In this document: positions 12,891-23,783 of the stretch, in pieces | How positions within the stretch are numbered: the first letter of the stretch is position 1 | Layout of the letters: every line of letters begins with the position of its first letter | From: a virus | Length of the DNA stretch: 39,520 nucleotides | IMG/VR virus record: IMGVR_UViG_3300045988_112015 | Location: 1 to 39,520 of that record | Strand: one strand, 5' to 3' | Program-made: the position numbers and the translations under genes | Notes under the pieces: model-generated | What the model was told of the DNA's origin: nothing | The model's input: the letters and a program-made list of their open reading frames with translations, nothing else | Database searches by the model: none

Positions 12891-15800
12891 TTGTTATCCC
12901 CCTTTTTATTTTTTCGTTTTTCCATATTTTTCCGTTCCTCTACCGTTTTATACCTCTTATCAAAAATGATTGAGGTCATCAGGTCCATAAGATTGCGGTC
13001 CGTATCAACTAACGAAAAGCGAACCAGTGTCCAGAATCCGTCCGTCAGTGTGTCGGAGAACCCGACATATCGATTACTTACGCGGCTTACGGCACGCCCG
13101 ATATCTGTCCAGTCTTTTCGGTCACTTGTAGCAGCTTCTACCGCATTAATCATTTCTTCAAATCCGGAGACGGCCAGCGGCGTAATGCCGTTTCCTTTGT
13201 ATCCTTCCAGCATGACGCTTACGGCTCCCTCTATGGCGTCGCGGGCAACCGGTATTCCCTGATCTGCGTTACGTATGGCCGTTAGGCCGAGTCGGCGCAG
13301 CATTTTATCCGGATCGTCCACTTCTCCCGCCACGGCGCTTCGGTACAGTGATTCAAATATCGTCGGCAATACGATCCAATACAGCGCGGCATTATATACG
13401 GCCATGCGGTTGCCGTTATCTTTCCAATTGTACCCGGCGGCAATAAGGGCGTTTAGCTGTGTATTACAATATGAGTAAAACGGGGTAAGTTGTCCGATAA
13501 GAGAGTTTTTACGCTGCACTTCTGCCTGGTCTTTGACCATTCCCGATCCATATACGGCCCGTACATTCGCATCCGCCGCGCTTACTGCGTTGCGCTCCAG
13601 TACATCTCTATTCAGTTCGCCCGCTTCCACCTGTTTTTGCATGGATTCATCATATGAGTGCTTCCATAGCGCCATTGACATCATAAGATCCGTTTCCGTG
13701 ATAAACCAGTACCCATACCGATTAACTGCATCTTTAACGCTTCTCGCCTTTTCTTTTGCTAGCCCCGTATTGGCTTGTACACTGATTTTCATATCTTGCT
13801 GGATGTCACGGTCCATGGTATTCATACGGGACCGCATCATGGGCGAATGTTCCATGACAAAGGCCCTGTTTGCGTTGTACGTATCGGTTCCTTTATAAAA
13901 GCCAAGCCCGAAATTAACCAGCGCTTTCACGGCTTGCGGCGCTCCTATTTTCCACATCATCGGGAAGATATTTAACGCATTTAGGGCCGCTGTTGTCGTA
14001 CGGAACATCATAACAGCGCCCGATGTATTCCGGCGCATCTGTTCCAGCATTTTACTTACGGTATCTTGTTTCTGTACATCCGTTTTCCAGCAGTCTTTCG
14101 CCCATTGTTTTATTTTTGCAAAGGTTTCTTTCCCGTATCTTTCTTCTACGGCCCGCTGTACTTCCGGATGATTGATCAGTTTATATACATCCGTTACCGC
14201 TTCACGCATGGCTATATGATGGATGGCTTCATTTACCGCCGCCGGCCATACGTCCAAGCGTAAATTCAGCTGCTGATTTTTTACTTCGGATACCCGTGAC
14301 TTGGTACTGCCCATGCCGATCGCCATAGTGGCATTACCGGACAACTGCTGCCTGATGATATCGTCGGCCTCAATGTCACTGCTACGGCTGCTTAATCTGC
14401 TGTCGTACTTAATAGGGTAGTATCCGCCCGTCAGTTTTCGGCCGTTAATCGTAAAAGACAATGCCCGGACTTTTCCCAGTCCTACCCCGTACAGATTTTC
14501 CTGCACTTTATTTCGTTCCGGCCAATACTGCCCGATCTGTTCCCAGATTTTCTCTATAAAATCCCAGTCTTTTTGTGTGAGCGCGCTCTCAAATATTTGC
14601 TGCACGTCGTATTCTTTTACAAGGTGGTAGTCGTGTTTTACGTCTTTATTGATGGTGGACAGTACACGCCGGCGCCCTTCCAGATTCCCCCAGTTTAGGG
14701 CCATACACATAACCTGTTCCCGTGTAAACCGTTCGGTAACGCCGACGGTATAGGCTTTTACGCTTCGCATGGTCTGCCATTCTTCCAAGCTGTACATGTT
14801 GTGTATCGCCGCAAACTCTTTGCAGGCTTTTTCTTTAAGGATGAGTTCTTTGTTTGATGCCTGGTTTATCGGCTCATACACCAATTGCATCCAGTCTTTC
14901 CCGAAGCGATTAAATATAGTTTCCAGTTTTGTCAATGATAATAGCGCATCGGACGCCCACTCTTTCGCCCTGCCGGTACTTGTCTTGTCGTTCTGCGCTT
15001 GCATCGCATTAAAGTCTTCAACCGGTTCAACGGTGTCAATTAAGCGCCTTGCCGCTTCTTCCATTCCTACCGACATGCCGTTGCTATCTGTCAATGTCGT
15101 TGCTTCGTATTCTCTGCGGGATACTTTATATATGACGTTCATGGCGGTTATCATGTCTTTAAACTGCGTCATCGGCATATTTTTGTAATCCTGTTTTTCG
15201 CTACTCATGACAAGCGCCCGGAGCCACGGGGCGACGATATCATCCGGTTTTGGTCCCGTACTTTCGTCCATTGCATAATCCGGTGACAGATCCCTGTAGA
15301 TGGATTCCCAGTTTATATCACCAGGCATTCCATCTTCTCCCAACGGTTTTATGCCGTCCTGGCTTCGTAGCCCGGTAACATACGCCAAATGCTGGATAAA
15401 GTAGCGGCTGTTGGCATTTAATTGCACGGGATCTTTGCGGCGACTAATGCGTTTTATCATTCCCAGCACGCCGTCCATCGGTTCATGCTGATCGTCCATA
15501 CGTCCGTTTTCGCCTTCCAGTTTTTTACGTACGTATTCCTGATTATCCTTGGCCGCCCGTGCCATGCAGTAGTATTTCAGGCTGTTGTTCTTAGCCAATA
15601 CAGCGTCTTTAAAGTTTCCCGACGCCATGAGTGCATCAGCCCGATGGCTTTCCGACTTTCCCTTTATTTCCCAGTGCCGCCACGTGGTAGCGTCGGCTAC
15701 CGTATACTGTTCCAGTTCTTCCTGTGCCGCTCTCAATGTCCGCATGTAATTCCCGTTCGTTGCGTCCCGCGCCGCATTTAACCCTTGCATAACTTCTTTC

Positions 15801-18800
15801 AGGGCCGCCTTTATGCTGTTAAGCTCCGCTTTTACATTCTGCTTCTGCAGCATTTTTGCTACAGATTGTCCTTTCTTCACATCTTCTTCCGATGCGACGT
15901 TTAATATCTGCTGCAGCCCTTTTGTCACTTCTTCTTCCGATTTTCCTTCCAGTTTATCCGTTTCCCGCATCGCCCGTACAGCTTCTGCGATATACCCGTT
16001 TATTTTCTTTCTCATGGCATACGCTTCCAGCTGTGCCAATCGCGCCTGTCCGCTCGTTGTGGCCAGTTCCGCATCAGCCGCCATACGTATATCTTCCGCC
16101 GTCGGCATCATATCTTCGTAAGCCTCACGCCGTTCTTCCATATACCGGTTTACCCGTTCTTCCAACGTTCCACCGGCTTTTTGCAATGCTTTTTCAAATT
16201 CCGCCGCATTTTCATACCCGTATGCTTTGAGGATATTTAACTTCTTATCATCTTGCGCGGAACGATATATAAGTTCCTGTTTATATATTTCGTTTTCTTC
16301 GGTCAGTTGTTTTTCATAATCAATACGTTCGGTTGCAAGACCACTTTCTTTTTGTGATTCCCACATGTCCTGCTGCGTCTGCATGATACCCGCCAACAGT
16401 TTTTCTTTTGCCCAGGCTTTTATTTTATCGTTCCATTCTTTTATCATCTCCCCTTCGCTGCCCGTGAGGTCCCCCGCAAATCCTTTACGGTCCCATGCGC
16501 TAAGTTCTCTTATTTTGGCCCAGTTTTCAATTTCATCGTCTGTAGCCAACATTCGGTCCATAACTCTTTTTACGTCTTCCGGCGGTTCTTTACCGAGGTT
16601 TTTTAAATCGCGATAAATCGATACAAGCCATGCTTTAAATTTCCTGAACGGGCTCTTAAGGGCTTCTGCCGGTGCCTTTCCTTCGGCTATATACCGCTCA
16701 AACCCTCTTGCAAAGCGTTCCTGTATCCATCGTTCTTCTGCTGCTTTAATAGCTACAACATCCCCCGATTTCCTTGCCGCTTCAATCTCTTGGATATATG
16801 CGCGGAATTCTTTTTCCCGTGCCGTTCCCACATAATCCGCCATATCTTCCGGCTTGTACGCCGCCCATTCCTGGATGGTGTTCCAGTCTTTCAGCAGCCG
16901 GTACGGTACGTTCTCATCCTGTACCATACGGCCCATTTCCGACAAATACATATGGGCCGCTTCATGGATAAATGAGGACTGATCCGCCGCATCAAATAAC
17001 CGGATAGCCCCCGTTGCCGATTCGTACGACGCTTTTATATCCTGATCGTATTTATTACGTATTTCAATCGCTTTGTCATCAAAGACCACATAACAGCGCC
17101 CTTCTTGCGTACCTTCATACGTAATTCCCTTAATTCCAAATTCATTTAACTTTAACGAGGCTTCCTTATCTCCGCCATATAAATCATACAGCGTTCCGTA
17201 TATACTTTGGCCGGTACTGTTTTTAAACATTCTTTTGGCGGTTTTTCGGGCCCCTTGTATGCCGACGGTTCCCACATCATCAATATCCCACAGTTGATCT
17301 TCGTCCATATTATCAATGAGCTTGTTTAATGCGTTTTTTACTTTTTTCGGCTGTTCGTCAAATGACTTCTGCTCATCCAGCAGCACATCCTCATCCGGGA
17401 TTTCCACTTCCAACAATCTTCCGCCTTTATGCCCTGTTCCTTCTCCCTGCTGTAAGATATCCACAGCTTTTTGTGCTTCGGCTATATATGCACCGCGGAA
17501 TTTTCCCTCTTTTAACTCTTTCTGCAAGGCACTAATCGCGGCGTCTTTTGTGCCGTGTGCTTCCAAGGCATCCAGGGCATACCCTACCGCTTCCCCATAT
17601 TTTGCGGTCTTTCCGTCTGTTTCCCAGTCTCCCGATTCACTAACGGTCCATATATCACCATTTAATTCAACAGCGCTTCCCTTACTGCCGAATGTGTCTT
17701 TATATGCTTCCGACACCTCTCTGTTTTGGGCAAAATACAATCCCCATCCATGCACTTGATTTCCTTCACCACTGCCTATGCCCGATAAATCAAACGCATT
17801 AAAATCATAAGGCGTCCCGTGCCATGCGCGTTGATAGTATCCCGGATATTGTTCTTTTAATTTGACAAGATTTTCTTCATTTGGTATATTAGATTCAAAA
17901 ATAAGACCAGCGATGGATTCATCGGGCATGGCGGAATATACCGTCTCCGATTTTAACCATTGTCTGGTCTTATTTTTGTTTACATACTCTAATTTTCCCT
18001 CTTTTATTTTATCGAAAAAATACTTATATCTCGGCTTTTTTTGTTCCCCCTTTTTCTTGGGTTCATACGTCGGCTCATACGCGGATATCATTAAATTGGC
18101 AATTTCACCAGTTTGACGAATTTTAGTATCCAGTTCCAACGGCACTATTACATTAGATCCTGTTTTCCCTGTAAGGTCCACAACTATAATTTTTCGTTTT
18201 TGTCCGCCTTTTCCGTTATATGTATCCAGTATCATCAGCGGATCTGCCAGCGCTCTCGGCAGCCGTTTTAAAAGTTCCGGGGATATTTCATCACTGTGCC
18301 TGTTTTTTAAAATTTTACCGAGTTCAAACAAGGATATTTTTATCGGCAGGACTTCTCCACCTACTAATTTCATAACCAACGGAGTTGTCATGACATCGAC
18401 GACTTTTTCTTTTAATTCATTGCTCATGAATTTGTCGATTGTCTTCATAAATGCTTGTTCGTCTCTTGTAAGCTTTTCTTCCGGCGTGATTGTTTGGAAA
18501 AAATTTCCGGTCCCTTGCCCCATGACAACCGGATGTGCCGTCATGAAGTCTTTCGCCGTATACAATGTATCGCCATATTCCTGTCGTATCTTCGCCCACG
18601 TTTCCGCCAGCCGGGCGTATATATAGGCGTTTTCTTTTGCGGCGGACTGCACGGCTTTCGGCCCCTGTTCCAACGTTTGTGCTACTTTTCGGTATACTTC
18701 CGCACCTTCTTTAGACAGCGATTTGCGCAGGGCATAATCGCTGTTATTCAATTCCGCAATTTTGTCTTTCAGTCCTTCTACCGCTTCATATTTTTCTTTC

Positions 18801-21163
18801 GCCGCCTGCACCGCTTCATTCCACTCTTCCAATCTTTCCGGAGTGGTTGCGGCCAGCTCTTTATATTCGTTTTTATACGCTACGTCCAGCATTTCCGCTT
18901 TTGTCGCTTTGCGGCCCAGTTCTTTATACATATCACTGTACCACGGTTCATTTTCCGACACACGGATTCCCCTGCCGCTTCCCGTATTGTTGTGTCCGTC
19001 TATATCCGCCGTGATAATGCTTACGCCTTCGGGCTGATAATTCCAGTAGTAATTAAAGTTTATCGCGTCTTCATAATTCTTCCGGGCTTCTTTTACGGAT
19101 TCTTTATATCCTTCTTCCAGATCATACGGATTGCGGCTGATGATATCCGCTGCCGCTTCTTGTACCTGCGGATCGGCATCGGCAAAATGATCTTTTAATA
19201 TTTCGCCTGTAAGGGCGTCTTTTTTATTGGCTGCCAACTCGGCTATTTCTTTTCTCATGTTTTCCAGCCGCGCGGCCCGATCTTCCAGTGCTGCCCGATG
19301 GATACCTTTTTGTGTCATTGTTGTGGCCCGCATCAAGGTATCCGTATCCATGCTTTCATCCGCAAGCTGCGTAAACACGCCTGTCGGGATAACGATATCC
19401 GTTCCTTTTTCAATCGCCGTGTCCACCTGTTCCGCCGTTACCATACCTTTATTTACAATGTCGGTCAGGACGGCTACGCCTTTATCCGTTCTTGCCAGTT
19501 CCTGGGCATCCACGTACAATTCTTCCATGCCTGATTTTTCCGCCTGGGCCTGGATGACATTACGATATACTTCCGGATTGGTTTGCGCCAATTTGTTTGT
19601 TTTTTTATCTTCTATCAGCCTTGTAATGGCATCCTGTTCCACCTGGCGCTGGTATAATTGTCGCCAGTTTTCCACTCTCGCACCGGCAACGGCTTTGGTG
19701 GTGTGATATTCTCCTATCATGCGCGGGCCCACTCCAACCGCACCCATACCGATAACAGCCGGGACGGCCTGTACCATGGCGTCTATCGCATTTTTAAGTA
19801 CTTCGTCCGGGCTGTGTATTTCACTTTCGCTTCGGTTAATATACGCTTCCGCATTATCGGCCAGATCGTTTACAATCTGCTGTGACCCTTCTTCCGCAAG
19901 TTCCGCCGCACTGCCTCTTGCCCACTGTTTACCGCCCGATACCAATGCCATCCGCATCAATGCGGACTCTCCCGCATCCACAATGGAGCGCTGTGCCGCC
20001 GCGCTATTTAATATGGCTTTAGCCGTATTCTTCCCCCATGCGGCGGTAATAGGCTTTGTCGCTACATGCAGCAATCCTACTTCAATCGCTGCATTTAACG
20101 CGCCTGTAGCTGTACTGTCTATCAGTGCATTCTTTCTTGTGTAAGTTTTGTTTCCTGCGGCGTCTTTACGATTCATGAGTTCCCAATACCGGGACGCCGC
20201 ACTTTGTTTCCATACTTCTTCGCCGTATCCGACTCTAAATCCCAAAGACGCACCTTGGGCCGCTCCTGCTAAAATGGTTCCTATCGCAACAGGCGTGCCA
20301 GCTCCTAATGTAGCCCCTTCAATTCCCGCCGCCAGTGCCACGGACGCCGTTGCCCCGACAACCGCCCCTTGGGCCGCTCTTTTTGATGCCCGTAATGCTT
20401 GATTGCCCATTACCGTTAATTGCCGGATTGTATCATAGACAATTTTTCCCATTTGCGTATCCGGCCGGTCCTGTTCCTGATATTCCTGCAATCTTCTGCT
20501 TATGGTATCGATTTCCGGACGCACGGATTCCATATCTTCCCCGTTATATACTCTCATTTGCGCGTCGTACAGTTTTACCATATCCGATCCGGAATTAAAC
20601 GCATTTACGGCTGTTTGCCAATCCGCTACGGCTTTATTTTTGCTTTCCTTTAAATTATCAAAGATGACCTGCGTTGCCGTCATATCCGCATAATTTTTGA
20701 GGGCAATTGAGGCCCCCACGGGATCCCTTTGCCGCATTTCCACCAGTTCCGGATACAAGCTGTCAAGGTTCGCCGCACTAAATCTTTGCCCGCGCATGTA
20801 CGCCCAATTGATAGACTCTTTATTTATTTCCCGTACCCGTTCCAGTGATTCCGGATTGTCCAGTAAAAACTGCGGAGATATCCCCACTCGTTCGCCAAGT
20901 CGTTTGGCTTCCGACATGGTTCCTTCGTCGCCGCTTATCATATTGCGATAAATTTCTCCCGCGCTGTCTACAGCACGTTCAATCAACGTGCCGCCGTAAT
21001 CATTTTCGGCACGCCATTTTTTACCTTCATCGTCGGTATGTTCAAGTTCCAGACTCCATCGTTGTTCCGGTTCACCAGTTGCCTGACGATCCGTTACAAT
21101 ATACCCTTTTGCGGTTTGTTCCGCCAAGGCTTTTAATTCTTTTTCTCTTTCTTCTGATAGCAT
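12887..21163 (-). CDS. Giant (2758 aa) internal virion / ejection protein of the 'polyvalent protein' type
   Basis: Occupies the gp16-like position after the gp14- and gp15-like genes. Features:
- Gly/Ala-rich hydrophobic segments at aa ~262-310 and 465-480.
- ...NRHSDEISPELLKRLPRALADPLMIL module at aa ~925-1035.
- WHGTPYDFNAFD...GWGLYFA at aa 1114-1144.
- HEAAH at aa 1400-1404. Confidence 0.75.
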   Translation of the reverse strand: MLSEEREKELKALAEQTAKGYIVTDRQATGEPEQRWSLELEHTDDEGKKWRAENDYGGTLIERAVDSAGEIYRNMISGDEGTMSEAKRLGERVGISPQFLLDNPESLERVREINKESINWAYMRGQRFSAANLDSLYPELVEMRQRDPVGASIALKNYADMTATQVIFDNLKESKNKAVADWQTAVNAFNSGSDMVKLYDAQMRVYNGEDMESVRPEIDTISRRLQEYQEQDRPDTQMGKIVYDTIRQLTVMGNQALRASKRAAQGAVVGATASVALAAGIEGATLGAGTPVAIGTILAGAAQGASLGFRVGYGEEVWKQSAASRYWELMNRKDAAGNKTYTRKNALIDSTATGALNAAIEVGLLHVATKPITAAWGKNTAKAILNSAAAQRSIVDAGESALMRMALVSGGKQWARGSAAELAEEGSQQIVNDLADNAEAYINRSESEIHSPDEVLKNAIDAMVQAVPAVIGMGAVGVGPRMIGEYHTTKAVAGARVENWRQLYQRQVEQDAITRLIEDKKTNKLAQTNPEVYRNVIQAQAEKSGMEELYVDAQELARTDKGVAVLTDIVNKGMVTAEQVDTAIEKGTDIVIPTGVFTQLADESMDTDTLMRATTMTQKGIHRAALEDRAARLENMRKEIAELAANKKDALTGEILKDHFADADPQVQEAAADIISRNPYDLEEGYKESVKEARKNYEDAINFNYYWNYQPEGVSIITADIDGHNNTGSGRGIRVSENEPWYSDMYKELGRKATKAEMLDVAYKNEYKELAATTPERLEEWNEAVQAAKEKYEAVEGLKDKIAELNNSDYALRKSLSKEGAEVYRKVAQTLEQGPKAVQSAAKENAYIYARLAETWAKIRQEYGDTLYTAKDFMTAHPVVMGQGTGNFFQTITPEEKLTRDEQAFMKTIDKFMSNELKEKVVDVMTTPLVMKLVGGEVLPIKISLFELGKILKNRHSDEISPELLKRLPRALADPLMILDTYNGKGGQKRKIIVVDLTGKTGSNVIVPLELDTKIRQTGEIANLMISAYEPTYEPKKKGEQKKPRYKYFFDKIKEGKLEYVNKNKTRQWLKSETVYSAMPDESIAGLIFESNIPNEENLVKLKEQYPGYYQRAWHGTPYDFNAFDLSGIGSGEGNQVHGWGLYFAQNREVSEAYKDTFGSKGSAVELNGDIWTVSESGDWETDGKTAKYGEAVGYALDALEAHGTKDAAISALQKELKEGKFRGAYIAEAQKAVDILQQGEGTGHKGGRLLEVEIPDEDVLLDEQKSFDEQPKKVKNALNKLIDNMDEDQLWDIDDVGTVGIQGARKTAKRMFKNSTGQSIYGTLYDLYGGDKEASLKLNEFGIKGITYEGTQEGRCYVVFDDKAIEIRNKYDQDIKASYESATGAIRLFDAADQSSFIHEAAHMYLSEMGRMVQDENVPYRLLKDWNTIQEWAAYKPEDMADYVGTAREKEFRAYIQEIEAARKSGDVVAIKAAEERWIQERFARGFERYIAEGKAPAEALKSPFRKFKAWLVSIYRDLKNLGKEPPEDVKRVMDRMLATDDEIENWAKIRELSAWDRKGFAGDLTGSEGEMIKEWNDKIKAWAKEKLLAGIMQTQQDMWESQKESGLATERIDYEKQLTEENEIYKQELIYRSAQDDKKLNILKAYGYENAAEFEKALQKAGGTLEERVNRYMEERREAYEDMMPTAEDIRMAADAELATTSGQARLAQLEAYAMRKKINGYIAEAVRAMRETDKLEGKSEEEVTKGLQQILNVASEEDVKKGQSVAKMLQKQNVKAELNSIKAALKEVMQGLNAARDATNGNYMRTLRAAQEELEQYTVADATTWRHWEIKGKSESHRADALMASGNFKDAVLAKNNSLKYYCMARAAKDNQEYVRKKLEGENGRMDDQHEPMDGVLGMIKRISRRKDPVQLNANSRYFIQHLAYVTGLRSQDGIKPLGEDGMPGDINWESIYRDLSPDYAMDESTGPKPDDIVAPWLRALVMSSEKQDYKNMPMTQFKDMITAMNVIYKVSRREYEATTLTDSNGMSVGMEEAARRLIDTVEPVEDFNAMQAQNDKTSTGRAKEWASDALLSLTKLETIFNRFGKDWMQLVYEPINQASNKELILKEKACKEFAAIHNMYSLEEWQTMRSVKAYTVGVTERFTREQVMCMALNWGNLEGRRRVLSTINKDVKHDYHLVKEYDVQQIFESALTQKDWDFIEKIWEQIGQYWPERNKVQENLYGVGLGKVRALSFTINGRKLTGGYYPIKYDSRLSSRSSDIEADDIIRQQLSGNATMAIGMGSTKSRVSEVKNQQLNLRLDVWPAAVNEAIHHIAMREAVTDVYKLINHPEVQRAVEERYGKETFAKIKQWAKDCWKTDVQKQDTVSKMLEQMRRNTSGAVMMFRTTTAALNALNIFPMMWKIGAPQAVKALVNFGLGFYKGTDTYNANRAFVMEHSPMMRSRMNTMDRDIQQDMKISVQANTGLAKEKARSVKDAVNRYGYWFITETDLMMSMALWKHSYDESMQKQVEAGELNRDVLERNAVSAADANVRAVYGSGMVKDQAEVQRKNSLIGQLTPFYSYCNTQLNALIAAGYNWKDNGNRMAVYNAALYWIVLPTIFESLYRSAVAGEVDDPDKMLRRLGLTAIRNADQGIPVARDAIEGAVSVMLEGYKGNGITPLAVSGFEEMINAVEAATSDRKDWTDIGRAVSRVSNRYVGFSDTLTDGFWTLVRFSLVDTDRNLMDLMTSIIFDKRYKTVEERKNMEKRKNKKGDNK

Positions 21164-21167
21164 CTTA

Positions 21168-23780
21168 TCACCTCAATCCGGCACGTCTTAACATGTCCGG
21201 TACTTCCGTTGCATATACATCTTTAAAATCTCCGTATGGCGTATAGAAACGTATATATACGCCTTCCGGTGTTTTTATGCGCTCCCATCCTGCATATCCC
21301 ATGCGCTGCACGTCCGTATCAGAAAATTGTAATGGCGTATCCTCAAACATCCCGTATTTAGCCGTTGCGCCGGTGTCAAATTGATACATAGCCGAAATAG
21401 TCCATTGCCGAATTGTCTCCAGGTCCGGCTCTTCTCCGCCGTGTTCCGCTTTATATTGTGCGAATTTTTCTCCGACGATAACATCTAACGCGCCTTTTTG
21501 TTCCGCAAATACATGGTTCATAACGCCGACCATATCCGCATTGACATAGTTTGATATGTTAAAACTCTTCCCGTTTTTAAAATCAGATAAATACGTATAC
21601 AATTTATTCATTTGTTCCGGCGTAAATTTTAATTGTGTATATTCAATAGCCTTTGTCAGTTCTTCCTCATCTTTAATTTTCCCTGTGCTGATATTTTTCA
21701 TGAGATCGTTTATGTGAAATGTGTTGGCGCGGTAATTTGCGGCATTTTCCTGTTCCACTTTAGCCTTAATACTTCTGTCCAAACTAATCAACTGCCCACC
21801 CAATGCGCTATGCCTTAAATCCTCATCATCCCCGATAATGCTACTTAACATAGCCCTTGATTCGGTATCCGTTGCGTCCGGATTGTTGATTTTCCAATCC
21901 GTAAACGTGTTTTTCGCCGCGGTTATTTTTGCATTTATTTTTTCCTGTTTCACGCGCTCGTCCTGTTCCCACATGCGGCGCAATTCCTGTTTTTGCACTG
22001 CCAATTCATCCAAAGAGTATTTACGTCTCTTTACCTGTATATAATGGCCTTTCCCGTTGTCCCCCGTTTGAATGATTTCCTGCGGCGTCATACCGGGTAT
22101 ATTGTAATCGCTTCCGTGCACGGTAAGCCCGTTTACGCCCGATTCGCTGCTGTTGCCATAAAATCCGCCATTGCCGTCGTATATGACAATGTGACCTTCG
22201 TCGCCTTCGCCGGTATGATATACGATACAATCCCCTTTATGCAGGTTTTGTGCATCAAATGGAATAACTGCGATCCCCGCATCTTTTGCGTCCTGCACCA
22301 TAGACGGCACGTACACGACTCCTTTATTGGCTTCATCTGCCAGGAATTGGCTGTAACTTGCCCCGAATTTACCGACAAATTCCGCGCATCCGTTACGGCC
22401 GTTCGCCATTTCAATCCCGACCAAGCCGTTATCCACCGAGTATTTAAAGCCGGCGTCCACTAATCCGTCCGTGCCGCCGCTTTGTCCTTTCAGTGCCCTG
22501 AATTTTGCCACTCGTTCCGTTACGGCCATATTGCCGAGATAGGGCTGATTAAATGCAAATTCCTGTCCGTCGTAAATGCCAGTAGTGTATCCTTGCGCCC
22601 ACCTCTTCCCGTTATCTATCCCCCAGTTCCATGCAACGCAAGCCGCTTCTTCGTCGCCGCCTACTGCATCAAGTATTTGTTTCCAGTAGTATTGCGCATT
22701 TTTATCTTGAGCTTCTTTTGAATGGTCGTTTACATCCACCCCCGTTGCGGCACATACTTCCGCCCATGTGCTTGGCAGGAATTGATATTTGCCGAACGCA
22801 CCTGATCCTTCATTGTATGCCTCGTAATCGCCGCTGCCGCCGCTTTCGATGGTTGCATTCGCTTCAAAGGCACCCGTACCGCCTGCCGAGCCGCTGACGT
22901 ATTTATATTCCACCACTTCGTTATGCGACATGATGTATTCTTGCTGTTTTTCCAGATCGCCGGGGAATAATTTTCTTGCCGTTTCCAAGCTCTTTGTGAT
23001 TTCTCCGGCTTTTCTTTTGTTAGCTACGGTGCTTGTCATTTGCGATAATTCGCTGTCGTTTACATACGGGGATGCTTCCGACAGCAGTCGTCCCGCTAAA
23101 TCAAATCCGTCCGGGCTGCCGTCTGCGATGATGCTTGGGATATATGCTTTTAACAAATTGGTATTGGCGTCTTTGATTTTCTGCTTTAAATTTTCTTCGC
23201 CTATCTGATTGCCGTACAACGTTCGTATGACCGCTTCATTTTTGTTGTATGCGTCGAAAATATTGGCATTAATGCCGTTTTCCACCACGTTATCTGTATT
23301 TTGTGCTATACGTGTGTTAAATACGTTATCCCTGTATTCTTCCTGCCGCTCATACTGATATTTCATTGCCACTCCCAATTTGGCCAAGTTCGTATCATCG
23401 GCCATACTGGTAAATGCGAGATGGGCCTTTTTGTAGTCCGGCAGTGTTGCCATAACTTCCTGTCGGATCTTTGCTTCGCCCTCTTCATACTGCCGCATCA
23501 CGTCCAACGCATTTACATCTTTTTTTGTCAACAGTCCTTTTTCCGGATTATTCAGCAAGTCATTTATTTTCTGTTGATATTGATTGGATGCGTCTACCAC
23601 CTTCAAATTGATTAAATCATCCATGTACGCCTGCAGTTGTGCCCTGGCGTCATTTAATCCTTTTTCCAGTATTTGGCTACCGCCTGTATTTGCTCCGTAT
23701 GCTTCCGCGTTAGCAGGGGCCTGTATTTGTCCTTGTACGGTATTACCATCAACCGCTCTGTTATACGGTTTTATATCCAT
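21168..23780 (-). CDS. Internal virion protein with two peptidoglycan-hydrolase domains (lysozyme/transglycosylase-like plus CHAP/NlpC-P60-like)
   Basis: TIESGGSGDYEAYNEGSGAFGKYQFLPSTW at aa ~310-340 is transglycosylase-like. NGCAEFV...GHIVIYDGNGGFYGN at aa ~460-545 is a Cys/His papain-like amidase pattern. The gene occupies the gp15-like position. Confidence 0.7.
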   Translation of the reverse strand: MDIKPYNRAVDGNTVQGQIQAPANAEAYGANTGGSQILEKGLNDARAQLQAYMDDLINLKVVDASNQYQQKINDLLNNPEKGLLTKKDVNALDVMRQYEEGEAKIRQEVMATLPDYKKAHLAFTSMADDTNLAKLGVAMKYQYERQEEYRDNVFNTRIAQNTDNVVENGINANIFDAYNKNEAVIRTLYGNQIGEENLKQKIKDANTNLLKAYIPSIIADGSPDGFDLAGRLLSEASPYVNDSELSQMTSTVANKRKAGEITKSLETARKLFPGDLEKQQEYIMSHNEVVEYKYVSGSAGGTGAFEANATIESGGSGDYEAYNEGSGAFGKYQFLPSTWAEVCAATGVDVNDHSKEAQDKNAQYYWKQILDAVGGDEEAACVAWNWGIDNGKRWAQGYTTGIYDGQEFAFNQPYLGNMAVTERVAKFRALKGQSGGTDGLVDAGFKYSVDNGLVGIEMANGRNGCAEFVGKFGASYSQFLADEANKGVVYVPSMVQDAKDAGIAVIPFDAQNLHKGDCIVYHTGEGDEGHIVIYDGNGGFYGNSSESGVNGLTVHGSDYNIPGMTPQEIIQTGDNGKGHYIQVKRRKYSLDELAVQKQELRRMWEQDERVKQEKINAKITAAKNTFTDWKINNPDATDTESRAMLSSIIGDDEDLRHSALGGQLISLDRSIKAKVEQENAANYRANTFHINDLMKNISTGKIKDEEELTKAIEYTQLKFTPEQMNKLYTYLSDFKNGKSFNISNYVNADMVGVMNHVFAEQKGALDVIVGEKFAQYKAEHGGEEPDLETIRQWTISAMYQFDTGATAKYGMFEDTPLQFSDTDVQRMGYAGWERIKTPEGVYIRFYTPYGDFKDVYATEVPDMLRRAGLR

Positions 23781-23783
23781 CGT

